63,312 bases of DNA, from NCBI GenBank assembly GCA_028277205.1, contig JANQGT010000032.1:1-63312 (forward strand), written 5' to 3'. Under the pieces are notes generated by a model. It saw only the letters and a program-made list of their open reading frames with translations, did no database searches and was not told where the DNA came from. Made by a program: the position numbers and the translations under genes. This DNA is from Candidatus Altimarinota bacterium. Lineage in GTDB: Bacteria; Patescibacteriota; Gracilibacteria; BD1-5; UBA2023. Below, piece by piece: positions 36,780-48,580 of this stretch (the stretch's first letter is position 1; the number at the start of each line of letters is the position of its first letter).

Positions 36780-37859
36780 ATGAAATTCGAACTTGATTCT
36801 CTCATCGAAGAGCTCGCAGAGTGCGAGCACAAACTCAACGACTCGGAAATATACTCCGATCCTCCTCGCCTGCGGGATCTCATGCGTCGAAAAAAACGCC
36901 TCGATGAGATCGTCGGACTGTACGTGGAGTATAGACGTCTGCATGAAACCGTCGACGAAGATAAGGCTCTCATAGAGACCGAGTCGGACACCGAGATCAT
37001 CGCCATGGCTCGCGAAGAGCTGGAGTCAGCGCGTGCTCGCATCACCGAGCTCGAAGAAGCGCTGAAGATCGCTCTGCTCCCAAAAGATGAGAATGACGAT
37101 AAAAACATCATCATGGAAATCCGAGCGGGCGCAGGAGGAGAGGAGGCGTCTCTCTTTGCGGCGGAGCTGTCCCGTGCCTATACGATTTACGCGGAGGAAA
37201 ATGATTTTTCCGTCGAGATGCTCGACTCTCACGAGAGCGAGTCATGAGGGTATAAAGAAGTTATTTTCAAAATATCGGGTATGGGTGCCTACTCGCACCT
37301 AAAGTACGAGGCGGGTACGCATCGCGTCCAGCGCATTCCCGAGACCGAGAGCAAAGGTCGTGTGCACACGAGCACCATCACCGTCGCCGTCCTCCCCGAA
37401 GTCGAGGATGTAGAGGTGGATATCCGTGAGGAAGATCTGGAGATCACCGTCGCGCGCGCGAGCGGAGCGGGCGGTCAGCATGTCAATAAAACCAACTCCG
37501 CCGTGCGAATGGTGCATACGCCGACGGGCGTCGTCGTCGAGTGTCAGGATGGGCGCAGTCAGCTGCAAAACAAGCAAAAGGCGCTTCTCATCCTGAAGTC
37601 GCGCGTATACGCCATGGAGCAGGAAAAGCGCGATCGCGAGCTCGGAGCGTCGCGTCTGGCTCAGGTGGGGACGGGTGATCGCAGCGAGAAAATTCGCACG
37701 TACAATTTTCCGCAGGATCGCGTGACGGATCACCGTATCGGACAAAATTTTTCAAATATTCCGGGTATCATGGCAGGGAGACTCTGACCCATCATCGAAG
37801 CCCTCGCTATCGCCGATCAGACGGAAAAACTGGAACGCGCGGCAAAATGAGCAGAATAA
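36780..37859 (+). CDS. prfA: Peptide chain release factor 1
   Basis: It has an RF1-type PxT tripeptide region ([14 protein letters not shown]) and the GGQ motif ([11 protein letters not shown]). Two track pieces are joined at TGA 37245 (ES-G-GYKE). TGA at 37785 and 37848 extend the C-terminus to a TAA at 37857. Confidence 0.9.
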
Positions 37860-37882
37860 ATGCGCGACGAGAAAGACGAAAA

Positions 37883-37908
37883 CAACCCTCGCAAGAGGGC
37901 TGTTTTTT
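37883..37908. terminator. Bidirectional intrinsic terminator between prfA and the convergent surface-protein gene
   Basis: The hairpin is CA-A-CCCTC gcaa GAGGG-C-TG, flanked by an A-rich 5' side and TTTTTT on the 3' side. Confidence 0.6.
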
Positions 37909-37932
37909 ACAGTGAGAGTTTTCTGACTGTCT

Positions 37933-38850
37933 CTAAAATGATCCTGAAATCGTATAAGTGGTCGTCATATTGTAGGATCCTGCGGGTGTCGTCGCAGAGA
38001 TACCTCCGGAGTATTTCACGTCGACGGTCGCACTGTCTACAGGAGCATTATGCGATGCGATTTCCTGAGCTGATCCGGAGACTGCTGTCGATGCAGTCGT
38101 ACCGTCAAATCCTGCAGCAGCCGAGCCTGTAGATACCGCGCTGACATAGAGTCCGAATCCGGGAGTCCCGGGAGTCCCGAGCGCATTTCGCGATGCGAGC
38201 GGCATGTCTGTGGCATCCGAGCTGGCGGCAGAAGCACTGAGGCTGTACCCGCCGACGGCATTCGTAGTGATCGTGACCGTCGATCCGCCGGTACTGTCGA
38301 CGACTGCCGATGACGAGAGCGTACCGAGGTCGGCGTTTGTCGTCGAGATATTCATAGCGAGGGTCGGTACGACGGTAGCCGTGACGATGACCTGGCTTGC
38401 CGTGCCATAGTTTATCATCGCGGCTCCGGTATTTCCCTGGCTGTCCGAATAGCTGAATACATAGGCGGTATTGTCAGCGAGTGCCGAGTTGAACGTGAGG
38501 CTGATATCATCCCCATCCGCCGGATCTCCCGTGACAGACGAGACGATCATGATACCGTCCGAGGGATTTGAGTCAGAGAGTGTTTGTGTATTTGAGCCGA
38601 TGTCAAATGTATCGACATTGTTTCCCGAGAGATCGACTACAGCACCGGTAGCATCGCGAAGTACGAGCGTGACACTGTCGGATGTCGCGAGATCGACCCC
38701 TGCCGGAAGCTCGACAGTGATGGTGGTACGATCGTCGCCGCTATCCGTGACGGCGATATTCACAGCCATTGCCGTCGGCACGACGAGCGTGGATGCGACG
38801 ATCGCGAGTCCCGACAGCCCCGCGAGAGCCGAGCGAAATGATGCGCGCAT
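37933..38850 (-). CDS. Secreted Thr/Ser/Ala/Gly-rich beta-strand surface protein (pilin or S-layer-like), unknown family
   Basis: A signal peptide is present (MRASFRSALAGLSGLAIVASTLVVPTAMA). There are no Cys and almost no charged residues. The C-terminal half has alternating beta-strand patterning that ends AGSYNMTTTYTISGSF, reminiscent of SCPU/DUF4402-type sandwich domains. There is no in-frame TGA. Ends in TAG. Confidence 0.6.
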   Translation of the reverse strand: MRASFRSALAGLSGLAIVASTLVVPTAMAVNIAVTDSGDDRTTITVELPAGVDLATSDSVTLVLRDATGAVVDLSGNNVDTFDIGSNTQTLSDSNPSDGIMIVSSVTGDPADGDDISLTFNSALADNTAYVFSYSDSQGNTGAAMINYGTASQVIVTATVVPTLAMNISTTNADLGTLSSSAVVDSTGGSTVTITTNAVGGYSLSASAASSDATDMPLASRNALGTPGTPGFGLYVSAVSTGSAAAGFDGTTASTAVSGSAQEIASHNAPVDSATVDVKYSGGISATTPAGSYNMTTTYTISGSF

Positions 38851-38952
38851 AGGAAAAAAGTGAAAAAGTGAGAAAGAACCACATAAAGAACGTGACCTCC
38901 CAAAGAAGAAGCAAGGCGCTTTTCGGAGGATCACTTTCATTATCGGTTTTCT

Positions 38953-40356
38953 CTATAAAAGTCAAAATACAGTGGATTGACGAAATATGTCAGGTATACT
39001 ATGATTATCTTCACGCATACACAGGAGCTCCTTTTGCAGCATGGCTCTTTGGTGGGATGAGAGTGTTGGTAGGACGGTATCTCGAAATGTGAGGAGGATA
39101 TCCGGGAGCTTTGAGAGTTCAGCTTTTTTGATCGCATGTGAATAGTTTTCGAGTGCGAGCATGCATGCGAGCGTTGATTCTTTGATCGTACCGACGCATT
39201 CAAATGGCTTGTGTTCGGCGATTCAGAGGAGTGCGTGATACTGCTCTGTCAGTGATTCATGGGTGAAATAGTCGTCTCCGAAAATCGCCATGAGCTCATC
39301 GTACGACAAAAACGCCGCCATGAGCAGATAGACAAATGCGCACTTCGGACACGCGCCACACCATTTTGGCTCATCGTCGGATCATCGCTGCTTCATCGAA
39401 AAATTGCTGTTGCAGCTCGAAAATGCGCGATGATACTGCGGAAATTTTGAAAATATTTTTGCGATGGCGATCTCATGCAGTCCCGAGAGCATACTGAAAA
39501 TCTCGACTCCGCTCCCTATCGATCGGGCGATATACTCGCGAAAATCAAGCTCGAACTCGCGGGATTTGCTATACTGATGATTGACCGTGATACCGCTCCA
39601 TTGTAGATTTCCCTCGTCGGCGCTTGATTCATTTGAAAATGCGACGAGGCGATATCCGTCCAGTGCCGCCAGCACGAGCGCGACGAAGTGAATCATACCG
39701 GTAATTGGCACGTGTCCGTCGTAATATCCCTCGGCGTTTTTGAGCGTTTTTAGCTGCGGGTCCATGGTGCGCCGAACGAATCGGTGGGATATATTTGCCG
39801 CCTCGACAAATCGTCTGTGTGCCGGATAGTACTCTACTCAAAACGAAAACGCATCAAACGGAATACCGGTATCGCGCACGATCTCCACTGTTACGGCACT
39901 ATCTTTGCCGCCGCCGACGGGTACCAGTACGCGCTCGGAAACCGGGATAGCGACACAGTCATACCGGGTTGCGTCTTTGCTACTTGAAAATTTTGCGATA
40001 TTGTCCGGGTGAATGTCATTTTTGTAGCAAAACTCCGAAAGTCCAAGCCGGTAAAATGTATCCCAAAACCGGGCATCCTCCAGCGTAAGTACTCCTCATT
40101 CGCAGATGATGCGGGGGGTCGGTGATAGCTTGTAGTAGCTGATGCCGAGAGCGATGGACAGGGGAAAGAGCAGCGCGCGTATTTCGGTTGCAGAGAGGTG
40201 ATTTTCGCGAATGTCGATTTGATCACTTCGACAAAACTCTATCGTCTCCGTAAATGAAAGCGCCCCGTCAAATGCATACAAACACCGGGCAGTGCGTGTC
40301 GCGGGGTCGTACTGGATCGGCAGGATCCGAAATGTGTCGTAGCGCGCAGTAAACAT
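38953..40356 (-). CDS. PP-loop ATPase-fold protein, MurL-like (candidate UDP-MurNAc-L-Ala-L-Glu epimerase)
   Basis: Three track pieces (40096.., 39382.. and 38962..) share a frame, and the gaps were walked. A PP-loop-like motif is present (VPVGGGKDSAVT), followed by NHQYSKSREFE and a Cys cluster (KWCGACPKCAF). The start ATG overlaps the NIF3 stop (TAATG). Ends in TAG at 38953. Confidence 0.5.
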
Positions 40357-41126
40357 TACCGGTATTTTTTATCGATGAAAGTGTGCTGGATGCCAAATTT
40401 TCAAGCGAGATGATCGCCGAGTGCGCGCACTCCAAATGTCTCTGTCTCGTAGTGTCCGCCGAGAAACATGGACTGTCCCAGCTCGGCGGCGGCGAGGCGC
40501 TCATGATGTACACCCTCGCCAGTTATGAAAATATCATAGTTTGAATCATATGCTTCAGAAAAAATTCGTGCGGCTCCACCTGTCATACATGCGATACTTG
40601 CTATGTGCGTTTTTCATGAAAAATTATACAACTCATCCGTGAGTCCGATTTTTTGGCACGCCCCCTGAAAATTTGCCATAGAAACAGGAGCGGGAAGTCG
40701 AGCAGCGAATCCGATCATCTGTCCATGATACTCTCAAAATGGCTCCAGTACGACACCCGAAAATCCCAGCACCTCGCAAAGCGTGCGCATAAGCACGACA
40801 TTGTTGCCAATATCGGGATGCGCATCGAGTGGCAGATGGCACGCGTAGAGCGCGAGATCACCATCCAGAAATGCACGAGCCAGAGCGTAGTGCGTGCCTG
40901 TCAGGGGCTGCTCGCGACCCCAGTAGACCCCGTGATGGACTATGAGCATGTGCGCTCCCGCCGCGCGAGCCAGCTCTACCGTAAAAGTAGAGGCGTCCGT
41001 CGCAGTCGCGATATGCGTGATCTCATCGGATATATTTTCGATTTGGATGCCATTTCTCGAGTCGTCATCGAATGCGCGAATATCCAGGTACGTATCGAGA
41101 TAGCTGACAAGCTCGGATTTTTTCAT
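40356..41126 (-). CDS. NIF3-family dinuclear metal-centre protein (GTP cyclohydrolase 1 type 2 homolog)
   Basis: The N-terminal module contains NGIQIEN...AHMLIVHHG and HLPLDAHP. The C-terminal module contains ITGEGVHHE...GHYETE. The pieces are joined across TGA at 40734, 40620 and 40401. Ends in TAA at 40356. Confidence 0.8.
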
Positions 41127-41158
41127 ATACTTTCGATAGCGATATTTCCCTCAGTGTA

Positions 41159-42487
41159 ATGCCTGATACCAAAAAGCAAGAAAAAATCGCCATCCTCGGC
41201 TACGGTCGGGAGGGGCGGGCGGCACTGAAGTATTTGACAGTGCGGGAAAAAATATCATGAAACGATATCACCGTGCTGGATACCGGCATGACAGAGCGTC
41301 CCGACAGTCTTCACAGATCGGTGGATTTTATCGGTGGCATATCGGCATTTGACGATCTTGATGATTTTTCTCTGATCATAAAAAGTCCCGGTATTCCTCC
41401 CCATCGACTCGGCAAATACCGGGATCATCCCGGTCTTACATCACTTGCGAGACTTTTTTTTGAAAAAAAACCGGGTCGCATCATCGCCATTACCGGTACG
41501 AAAGGAAAGTCCACACTCGCGAGTCTCGCCGCGCATATCCTGCGCGAGGCGGGTCGGCGCGTCCTCCTGCTCGGAAATATCGGCACACCTCCGCTGCCAG
41601 CCTACGACCCCGCAGATCCGCCCGATCATATCGTCATAGAGATGTCCAGCTATATGCTGTATGATATCGCCCCAGCTGCGGATCACGCTATCCTGCTAAA
41701 TATCTATCCCGATCATCTGGACTGGCACGGGTCGTTTATAGCGTATCGGGATGCGAAATTGCAGATATTCACACACGCTCGAAAAAAGCTTGCGGGTGCG
41801 CAGATTATTCGCGAGGGGTATATCGAAAGCACTGCCGACATCGAGATATTTGGCGATGCCGGTAAATACCGCTATGAAAACGGCTCTTGGTGGCGAGATG
41901 CCGAGCCGCTTTTTGACCGTGTGGGGATGCGGATTTTCGGGCGACACGTATATGAAAATATCGCCTCGCTACTGTCGGTCATGGAGGATCTGCAGATCTC
42001 TACAGACACCATCGAGACATCTCTCAAATCCTTTCCGGGACTCCCGCATCGGCTGCAGTATATCGGTACTGTCGACGATATTGCCTGCTATGATGATGCC
42101 ATATCGACGACACCAGAGAGCACCATCGCGTCCCTTCGGGCTATCGCAGACTCGGAGGATGGGGCAGGCGTACCCATCGGCTCGGTGTTGCTTGGTGGGC
42201 AGGATCGCGGCTATCAGTATGCTCAGCTATGAGCAGCACTCGCGTCGCTGGACGTGTCGACTGTCATACTATTCGGTGAGGCGGGACGATCGATTCGACA
42301 GCATTTGCCTGCAAATGTCCATCATATCATCGAAACCGACAGTATGCGCACAGCGGTTGATTTTGCGCTCGCGCATACTCCTGCAGGTCGTGCGCTCGTC
42401 CTCTCGACGGCGGCGCCGAGCTATGGGATCTGGAGAAATTTTGAGGAAAAAGGGGAGGAATTCGCAAACTGCATTTTCATGAGATAA
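41159..42487 (+). CDS. murD: UDP-N-acetylmuramoyl-L-alanine--glutamate ligase (MurD family; possibly the L-Glu-adding MurD2 type)
   Basis: A Rossmann-like N-terminus is present (KIAILGYGREGRA), followed by the Mur ligase P-loop (ITGTKGKSTL), HRLQYIG and a C-terminal domain. Pieces are joined at TGA 41258 and 42230. Ends in TAA. Confidence 0.85.
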
Positions 42488-42545
42488 CCTGCTCAAAACA
42501 ACTATCTAAAACAACGCTATTATCGGGGTACGCATACACACCCGG

Positions 42546-42929
42546 GTGGATTTCTCATGTTTTTTTCGTATCATGGATGATATGAGATATTCATTTCAGA
42601 CGTTTTCAGAGTATCAGGAGGCACTGCGTCTGCTGCGTCGGTATCGTCGGATGCGGGGGGCGCTCGGGCGTCGTGCTTTTGCGCATTTTCTCGATGCGTG
42701 CACCCAGACTGTCCCCGCCAAAGCGGAGTATGCCTGCGACGCCGACAGAGCAAAGATCATCGAAAAACTTTGCGAGACGTTTCCGGATCTGCTCACGGAT
42801 GCGGTATGCGCGCGACTGGACGCATGCGAAAATCCCGCACTCACGGGCGGTGCGCGCATTTTCGTCGGAGATGAAATGGTGGATGCGTCGTTTGCGCGTG
42901 CTCGTCGGGATATCCTTTCTTCACTGTAA
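42546..42929 (+). CDS. atpH: Short ATP synthase delta (OSCP)-like subunit
   Basis: The position is immediately 5' of atpA. The C-terminal ~60 aa fit the delta/OSCP C-terminal pattern (ENPALTGGARIFVGDEMVDASFARARRDIL). The ORF cannot extend above 42510 (a TAA), so the protein is at most about 127 aa. An alternative start is ATG 42573. Confidence 0.5.
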   Translation: MDFSCFFRIMDDMRYSFQTFSEYQEALRLLRRYRRMRGALGRRAFAHFLDACTQTVPAKAEYACDADRAKIIEKLCETFPDLLTDAVCARLDACENPALTGGARIFVGDEMVDASFARARRDILSSL

Positions 42930-42934
42930 AATCT

Positions 42935-44449
42935 ATGTCAGTCGTCGATACCGTGTCCGATCTCATCCGCGATATCGAGCGCCGCCTCGACACCGCCGAG
43001 ATCGCCCCCGAGCGAAAAACGAGTGGCACGGTCGTCTCGGTCGCGGACGGCATCGCGCGAGTCTCGGGACTGTCGGGAGTTGCGTTTTCAGAGATTGTCG
43101 AGTTTGAGTGCGGTGCCCGGGGAGTCGCTCTCAATCTCGAGGAGTATACTGTGGGTGTCGTCGTATTGTCCGGTTTTCTGGATATATCGGAGGGGATGAT
43201 CGCCACGGGTACCGGTACGATGCTCGAGATACCGGTCTGAGAATCACTGCTGGGACGCGTCGTCGATCCCATGGGAAATGCGCTGGATGCCGGAGAACCG
43301 CTGACAGTGAAAACAACCGCTCCGGCTGAAAGACCGGCTCCCGGAGTCATGGATCGAAAATCCGTACATGAGCCGCTGCATACCGGTATCAAAGCAATCG
43401 ACGCACTGATACCCATCGGACGCTGACAGCGCGAGCTCATCATCGGTGATCGCGGCACCGGAAAGACGCAAATCGCCATCGACACGATCCTCGCCCAAAA
43501 GCACGAGGGAGTGCGATGCATCTATGTCGCCATCGGACAAAAAGATGCGAAAATCGCCGCCCTGACCGAGACCCTGCGAAAATCGGGCGCGATGGAATAT
43601 ACCACTATCGTGACGGCGGGGGCGAGCGCTCCTGCCAGTATGCGGTGGCTCGCACCGTATGCGGGATGCGCTATGGGCGAGTACTTCATGCGGCGAGGAG
43701 AGCATGCTCTGGTGGTGTACGACGATCTGTCGAAACACGCGAACGCCTACCGTGAAATGTCGCTGCTGCTGCGGCGTCCGCCAGGACGAGAGGCGTACCC
43801 CGGCGATGTGTTTTATCTGCACTCGCGTCTGCTGGAGCGCGCCGCAAAACTCTCGGATGAGATGGGCGGCGGCTCTCTGACGGCACTGCCTATCATCGAG
43901 ACGCAGGCGGGCGACGTCTCGGCGTATGTCCCGACGAATGTCATTTCCATCACCGACGGTCAGATTTTTCTTGAGACTTCACTCTTCAATTCTGGCGTGC
44001 GCCCCGCCGTAAACGTGGGACTCTCCGTCTCTCGCGTGGGCAGCTCGGCGCAAACCAAAGCCATGAAAAAAGTCGCGGGCGGTATAAAGCTGGTACTCGC
44101 CCAGTATCGCGAGCTGCAGTCGTTTTCCCAGTTTTCATCCGATCTGGATCCCGAGACGCGAAAATCGCTCGAACACGGGAGGCGACTCACCGAAATCCTG
44201 AAGCAGGATATTGATTCGCCCGTCCCGTTTGAAAAACAGATCGCACTGTTTTATATGACATGATGCGATATGCTCGACGATATACCGATCGAGCGCATTG
44301 CCGAGTTTGAAAATATGCTCTATCAAAAGCTGAATGCCGATGGAGAAGTGCTTCAAATACTTGGTAGGGAGCGCGCGCTCTCCGACGACACTGCTGCAAA
44401 AATGGACACGATCATCGATGAGACCTGCGCGCTTCTTTTATCATCGTAA
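42935..44449 (+). CDS. atpA: F-type ATP synthase subunit alpha
   Basis: The Walker A region spans the TGA at 43424 ([18 protein letters not shown]). Track pieces are in one frame. TGA at 43238 and 44261 is read through. Ends in TAA at 44447. Confidence 0.95.
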
Positions 44450-44459
44450 ATTTTTTGAA

Positions 44460-45374
44460 ATGTCGAATGCCCGAGCGATCAAATCCCGTATCCGCTCCGC
44501 TAAAAATACGAGCAAAATCACAAAGGCGCTCGAGCTCGTCTCGACTGTAAAGATGAAAAAGACGGCGGATGCAGCACTCGGCGCACGCCCATTTTTACTT
44601 GAGGCGCTTGGATTTTTGGCGTCTTTACCGTCGATGCCGCATACCCGATATTCACCCCGTCCCCAGCAGAGTGATGCGGATACGAGCACGAAAAAACATC
44701 TCATCCTCGTCGTGACAAGCGATCGGGGACTTTGCGGTGCGTATAATGCGGCGATTTTTCGCGCGCTCGGTCACATGATCGAAGGGTGCGGAATTGAAAC
44801 GTACGACTTTGCGGTGATGGGAAAAAAGGGAAGGCGCTTCGTGGAAAAGCATCGTGGAAACATCGTCGCCGATTTTTCCGAGGATATACCGGCGCGTCCG
44901 AGCTTTGACGATATTCGTCCGATTGCTCGATTTTTGCGTGATCGTTTTTCGGACGCTTGTGATTTTCGAGTCGATATTTTGTCTGCCCGCTACGTCTCTA
45001 CGATGGAGTATCGTGTGAAAAAAAGCGAATTTTTGCCCATAGACAGTGTACGATTCGCTGAGTTTTTTTACCAGATTGATACGGGGACGCCCGAAAAAAT
45101 ACAGCCGATCGACGCGACGATCGAGCCAAATCTCTCCTCGATGGTCGAGTCGTTTCTGCCGATAGCACTGGATGCGATGCTCTTTGAGGTAATACTCTCG
45201 GCACGATCCGCGGAGCACGCATCGCGGATGATCGCGATGAAAAGCGCATCGGACAACGCCAAACAAAAAGCCGCCTCTCTGAGCCTCGACTACCACAAAG
45301 CGCGCCAGGCGTCGATCACTCAGGAGGTATCGGAAATTGTTTCGGGGATGGAGAGTCAGCGAGAATCCTTTTAA
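44460..45374 (+). CDS. atpG: F-type ATP synthase subunit gamma
   Basis: The N-terminus reads IKSRIRSAKNTSKITKALELVSTVKMKK. The C-terminus reads ARQASITQEVSEIVSG. Confidence 0.9.
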   Translation: MSNARAIKSRIRSAKNTSKITKALELVSTVKMKKTADAALGARPFLLEALGFLASLPSMPHTRYSPRPQQSDADTSTKKHLILVVTSDRGLCGAYNAAIFRALGHMIEGCGIETYDFAVMGKKGRRFVEKHRGNIVADFSEDIPARPSFDDIRPIARFLRDRFSDACDFRVDILSARYVSTMEYRVKKSEFLPIDSVRFAEFFYQIDTGTPEKIQPIDATIEPNLSSMVESFLPIALDAMLFEVILSARSAEHASRMIAMKSASDNAKQKAASLSLDYHKARQASITQEVSEIVSGMESQRESF

Positions 45375-45384
45375 TTTCTACTCT

Positions 45385-45834
45385 ATGGAAAAACATCTCA
45401 TCGTCTATACGGATGGCGGCGCTCGCGGAAATCCCGGACCGGCGGGACTCGGCGTCTATATCGTCGATACCGCGGGTCGTGAAATCGACCGCGTCTATCA
45501 CTATCTGGGCAAACGGACAAACAATCAGGCAGAGTATCTGGGCGCTCTGGTGGGAGTGCGTCGGGCGATAGAGCTCGGGGCGACCGATATCGATCTGCGG
45601 ATGGACAGCGAGCTCATCATCAAACAGCTGCTTGGAAAATACCGAGTGCGAAATCCGGAGCTCTCCCGCATCAAAACCGAGATACTTTCGACGCTCTCGC
45701 GCTGGTCGGGACATATCCGATTTACGCATATACCCCGCAGCCAAAACTGTCATGCCGACCGCCTCGCCAATCGCGCGATGATTGAGGCGGGCGAGCCGGT
45801 TTCGTTTGAGTTTTCTCAGCAGTCACTTTCTTAG
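45385..45834 (+). CDS. rnhA: Ribonuclease HI
   Basis: Motifs are VYTDGGARGNPGPAGLG, NNQAEYLGAL, DSELIIKQ and NCHADRLAN, giving the DEDD catalytic layout. Confidence 0.85.
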   Translation: MEKHLIVYTDGGARGNPGPAGLGVYIVDTAGREIDRVYHYLGKRTNNQAEYLGALVGVRRAIELGATDIDLRMDSELIIKQLLGKYRVRNPELSRIKTEILSTLSRWSGHIRFTHIPRSQNCHADRLANRAMIEAGEPVSFEFSQQSLS

Positions 45835-45845
45835 ATTTTTTGCCT

Positions 45846-47243
<1,398 letters not shown>

Positions 47244-47281
47244 CTTGATACAATATACTCGATATCAATTACTAAAATAGT

Positions 47282-47734
47282 ATGCATCCCTGACTCGATC
47301 ATATCGGTATCGCCACCGTCTCCTGGATGTATCATGGTGGCGAGATCCTCATGAATCTGGCGTGAGAGGGTGTGCGTGATAATGCCGGACTCTGGCGTCC
47401 TCTCGGCGGAGTGGTGGAGTATGGCGAGACGATCGAGCGCGCGCTTTTTCGGGAGATGGAGGAGGAGTCGGGCATCCCGGAGAGCATGATCGCAGAGACG
47501 ACATTGCTGGGATATCAGGAAAAAATCGGGGACGGCGCGCACTGGATTTTATTTTTCTATGCGATGCGTGTACGAGAGCGATGACACGAGCGTATCACCG
47601 AGCCCGACAAAGTCGTCGATATGCGCTGGATGACGCTCGATGAGATACTCGCCCTGCCAGACCTTCATACGAATCTCCCTGTCGCACTCTCGCTGCATGG
47701 CGCAAAACTGCGCGCATTGGTCGAAAGCTCATAA
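47282..47734 (+). CDS. NUDIX hydrolase
   Basis: The Nudix box is GGVVEYGETIERALFREMEEESGI. The N-terminus is recovered across TGA at 47291 and 47360, and the C-terminus across TGA at 47582. Ends in TAA. Confidence 0.65.
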
Positions 47735-47744
47735 TCCCTACTGC

Positions 47745-48152
47745 ATGTATCTGCGTCTCATCAGTGTCGATCGTATCGTATTTGAGGGAGAGGTCGCCTC
47801 GGTGCGCGCTCCAGTGTCGGATGGACAGATCGCCGTATTGCCGCATCACGAGCCTTTTGCCTCTACTATCGTGCCTGGAGCTCTCGTATTTCAGGATGAT
47901 ACTGAGAGCATGCACGCATACGCCGTCGGATCCGGAGTGCTCCGAGTGGAGGATGACACGGTGAGCGTCCTGGTCGATATGGCGGAGCATGCCGTCAATA
48001 TCAATACCGAGGCGACGCTATCACGCAAAAATGCACTCGAAGACGAGATACAAAAGCTTCGTGCGGGATGAGAGCCTGAAAATTCAGAGATACTCATGGA
48101 GCTCGAGGATCGCCGTCTTCGCGAGACGGCACGCCTTTCGGTCACTGTATAG
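47745..48152 (+). CDS. atpC: F-type ATP synthase subunit epsilon
   Basis: The beta-sandwich N-terminus reads LRLISVDRIVFEGEVASVRAPVSDGQIAVLPHH. The TGA at 48069 adds a helical tail. Ends in TAG at 48150. Confidence 0.8.
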
Positions 48153-48163
48153 TCACTTTTACC

Positions 48164-48580
48164 ATGAAGATCTTTATCCCGATCGTCACTGCTGTGATAG
48201 TCTATCGTGATCGCATCCTCATCCTGCGTCGTGCTCCGGGGGATTCGTATCCTGATGAGTGGGATTTTCCAGGTGGAGGGATGGAGTGGGGCGAGACTCC
48301 GGAGCATGCCACTATCCGAGAAGTTCGTGAAGAAACCGGGCTTGATATTTTGGATCCGGTGCCGTTTCGGACGTGGAGTTTGTTTGCAGGAGAGCGGCAG
48401 TACATCGGCATTTCTCACTATGTTCGGCTCGATGCGTCTGCGACCCCGTCGGTCACTCTCTCCTCAGAGCATACCGAATACCGATGGGAAACCGTCAATG
48501 ATTTGCTCTCGCGTACGGATATTCTCAGCTGGATGCGAGAGGAGATTGATGAGATTTTGAGACGATTTCCAGCTTCCTAG
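48164..48580 (+). CDS. NUDIX hydrolase (MutT-like)
   Basis: The Nudix box is WDFPGGGMEWGETPEHATIREVREETGL. Its stop is TAG, which shares the tetranucleotide CTAG with the stop of the convergent rel gene. Confidence 0.8.
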   Translation: MKIFIPIVTAVIVYRDRILILRRAPGDSYPDEWDFPGGGMEWGETPEHATIREVREETGLDILDPVPFRTWSLFAGERQYIGISHYVRLDASATPSVTLSSEHTEYRWETVNDLLSRTDILSWMREEIDEILRRFPAS

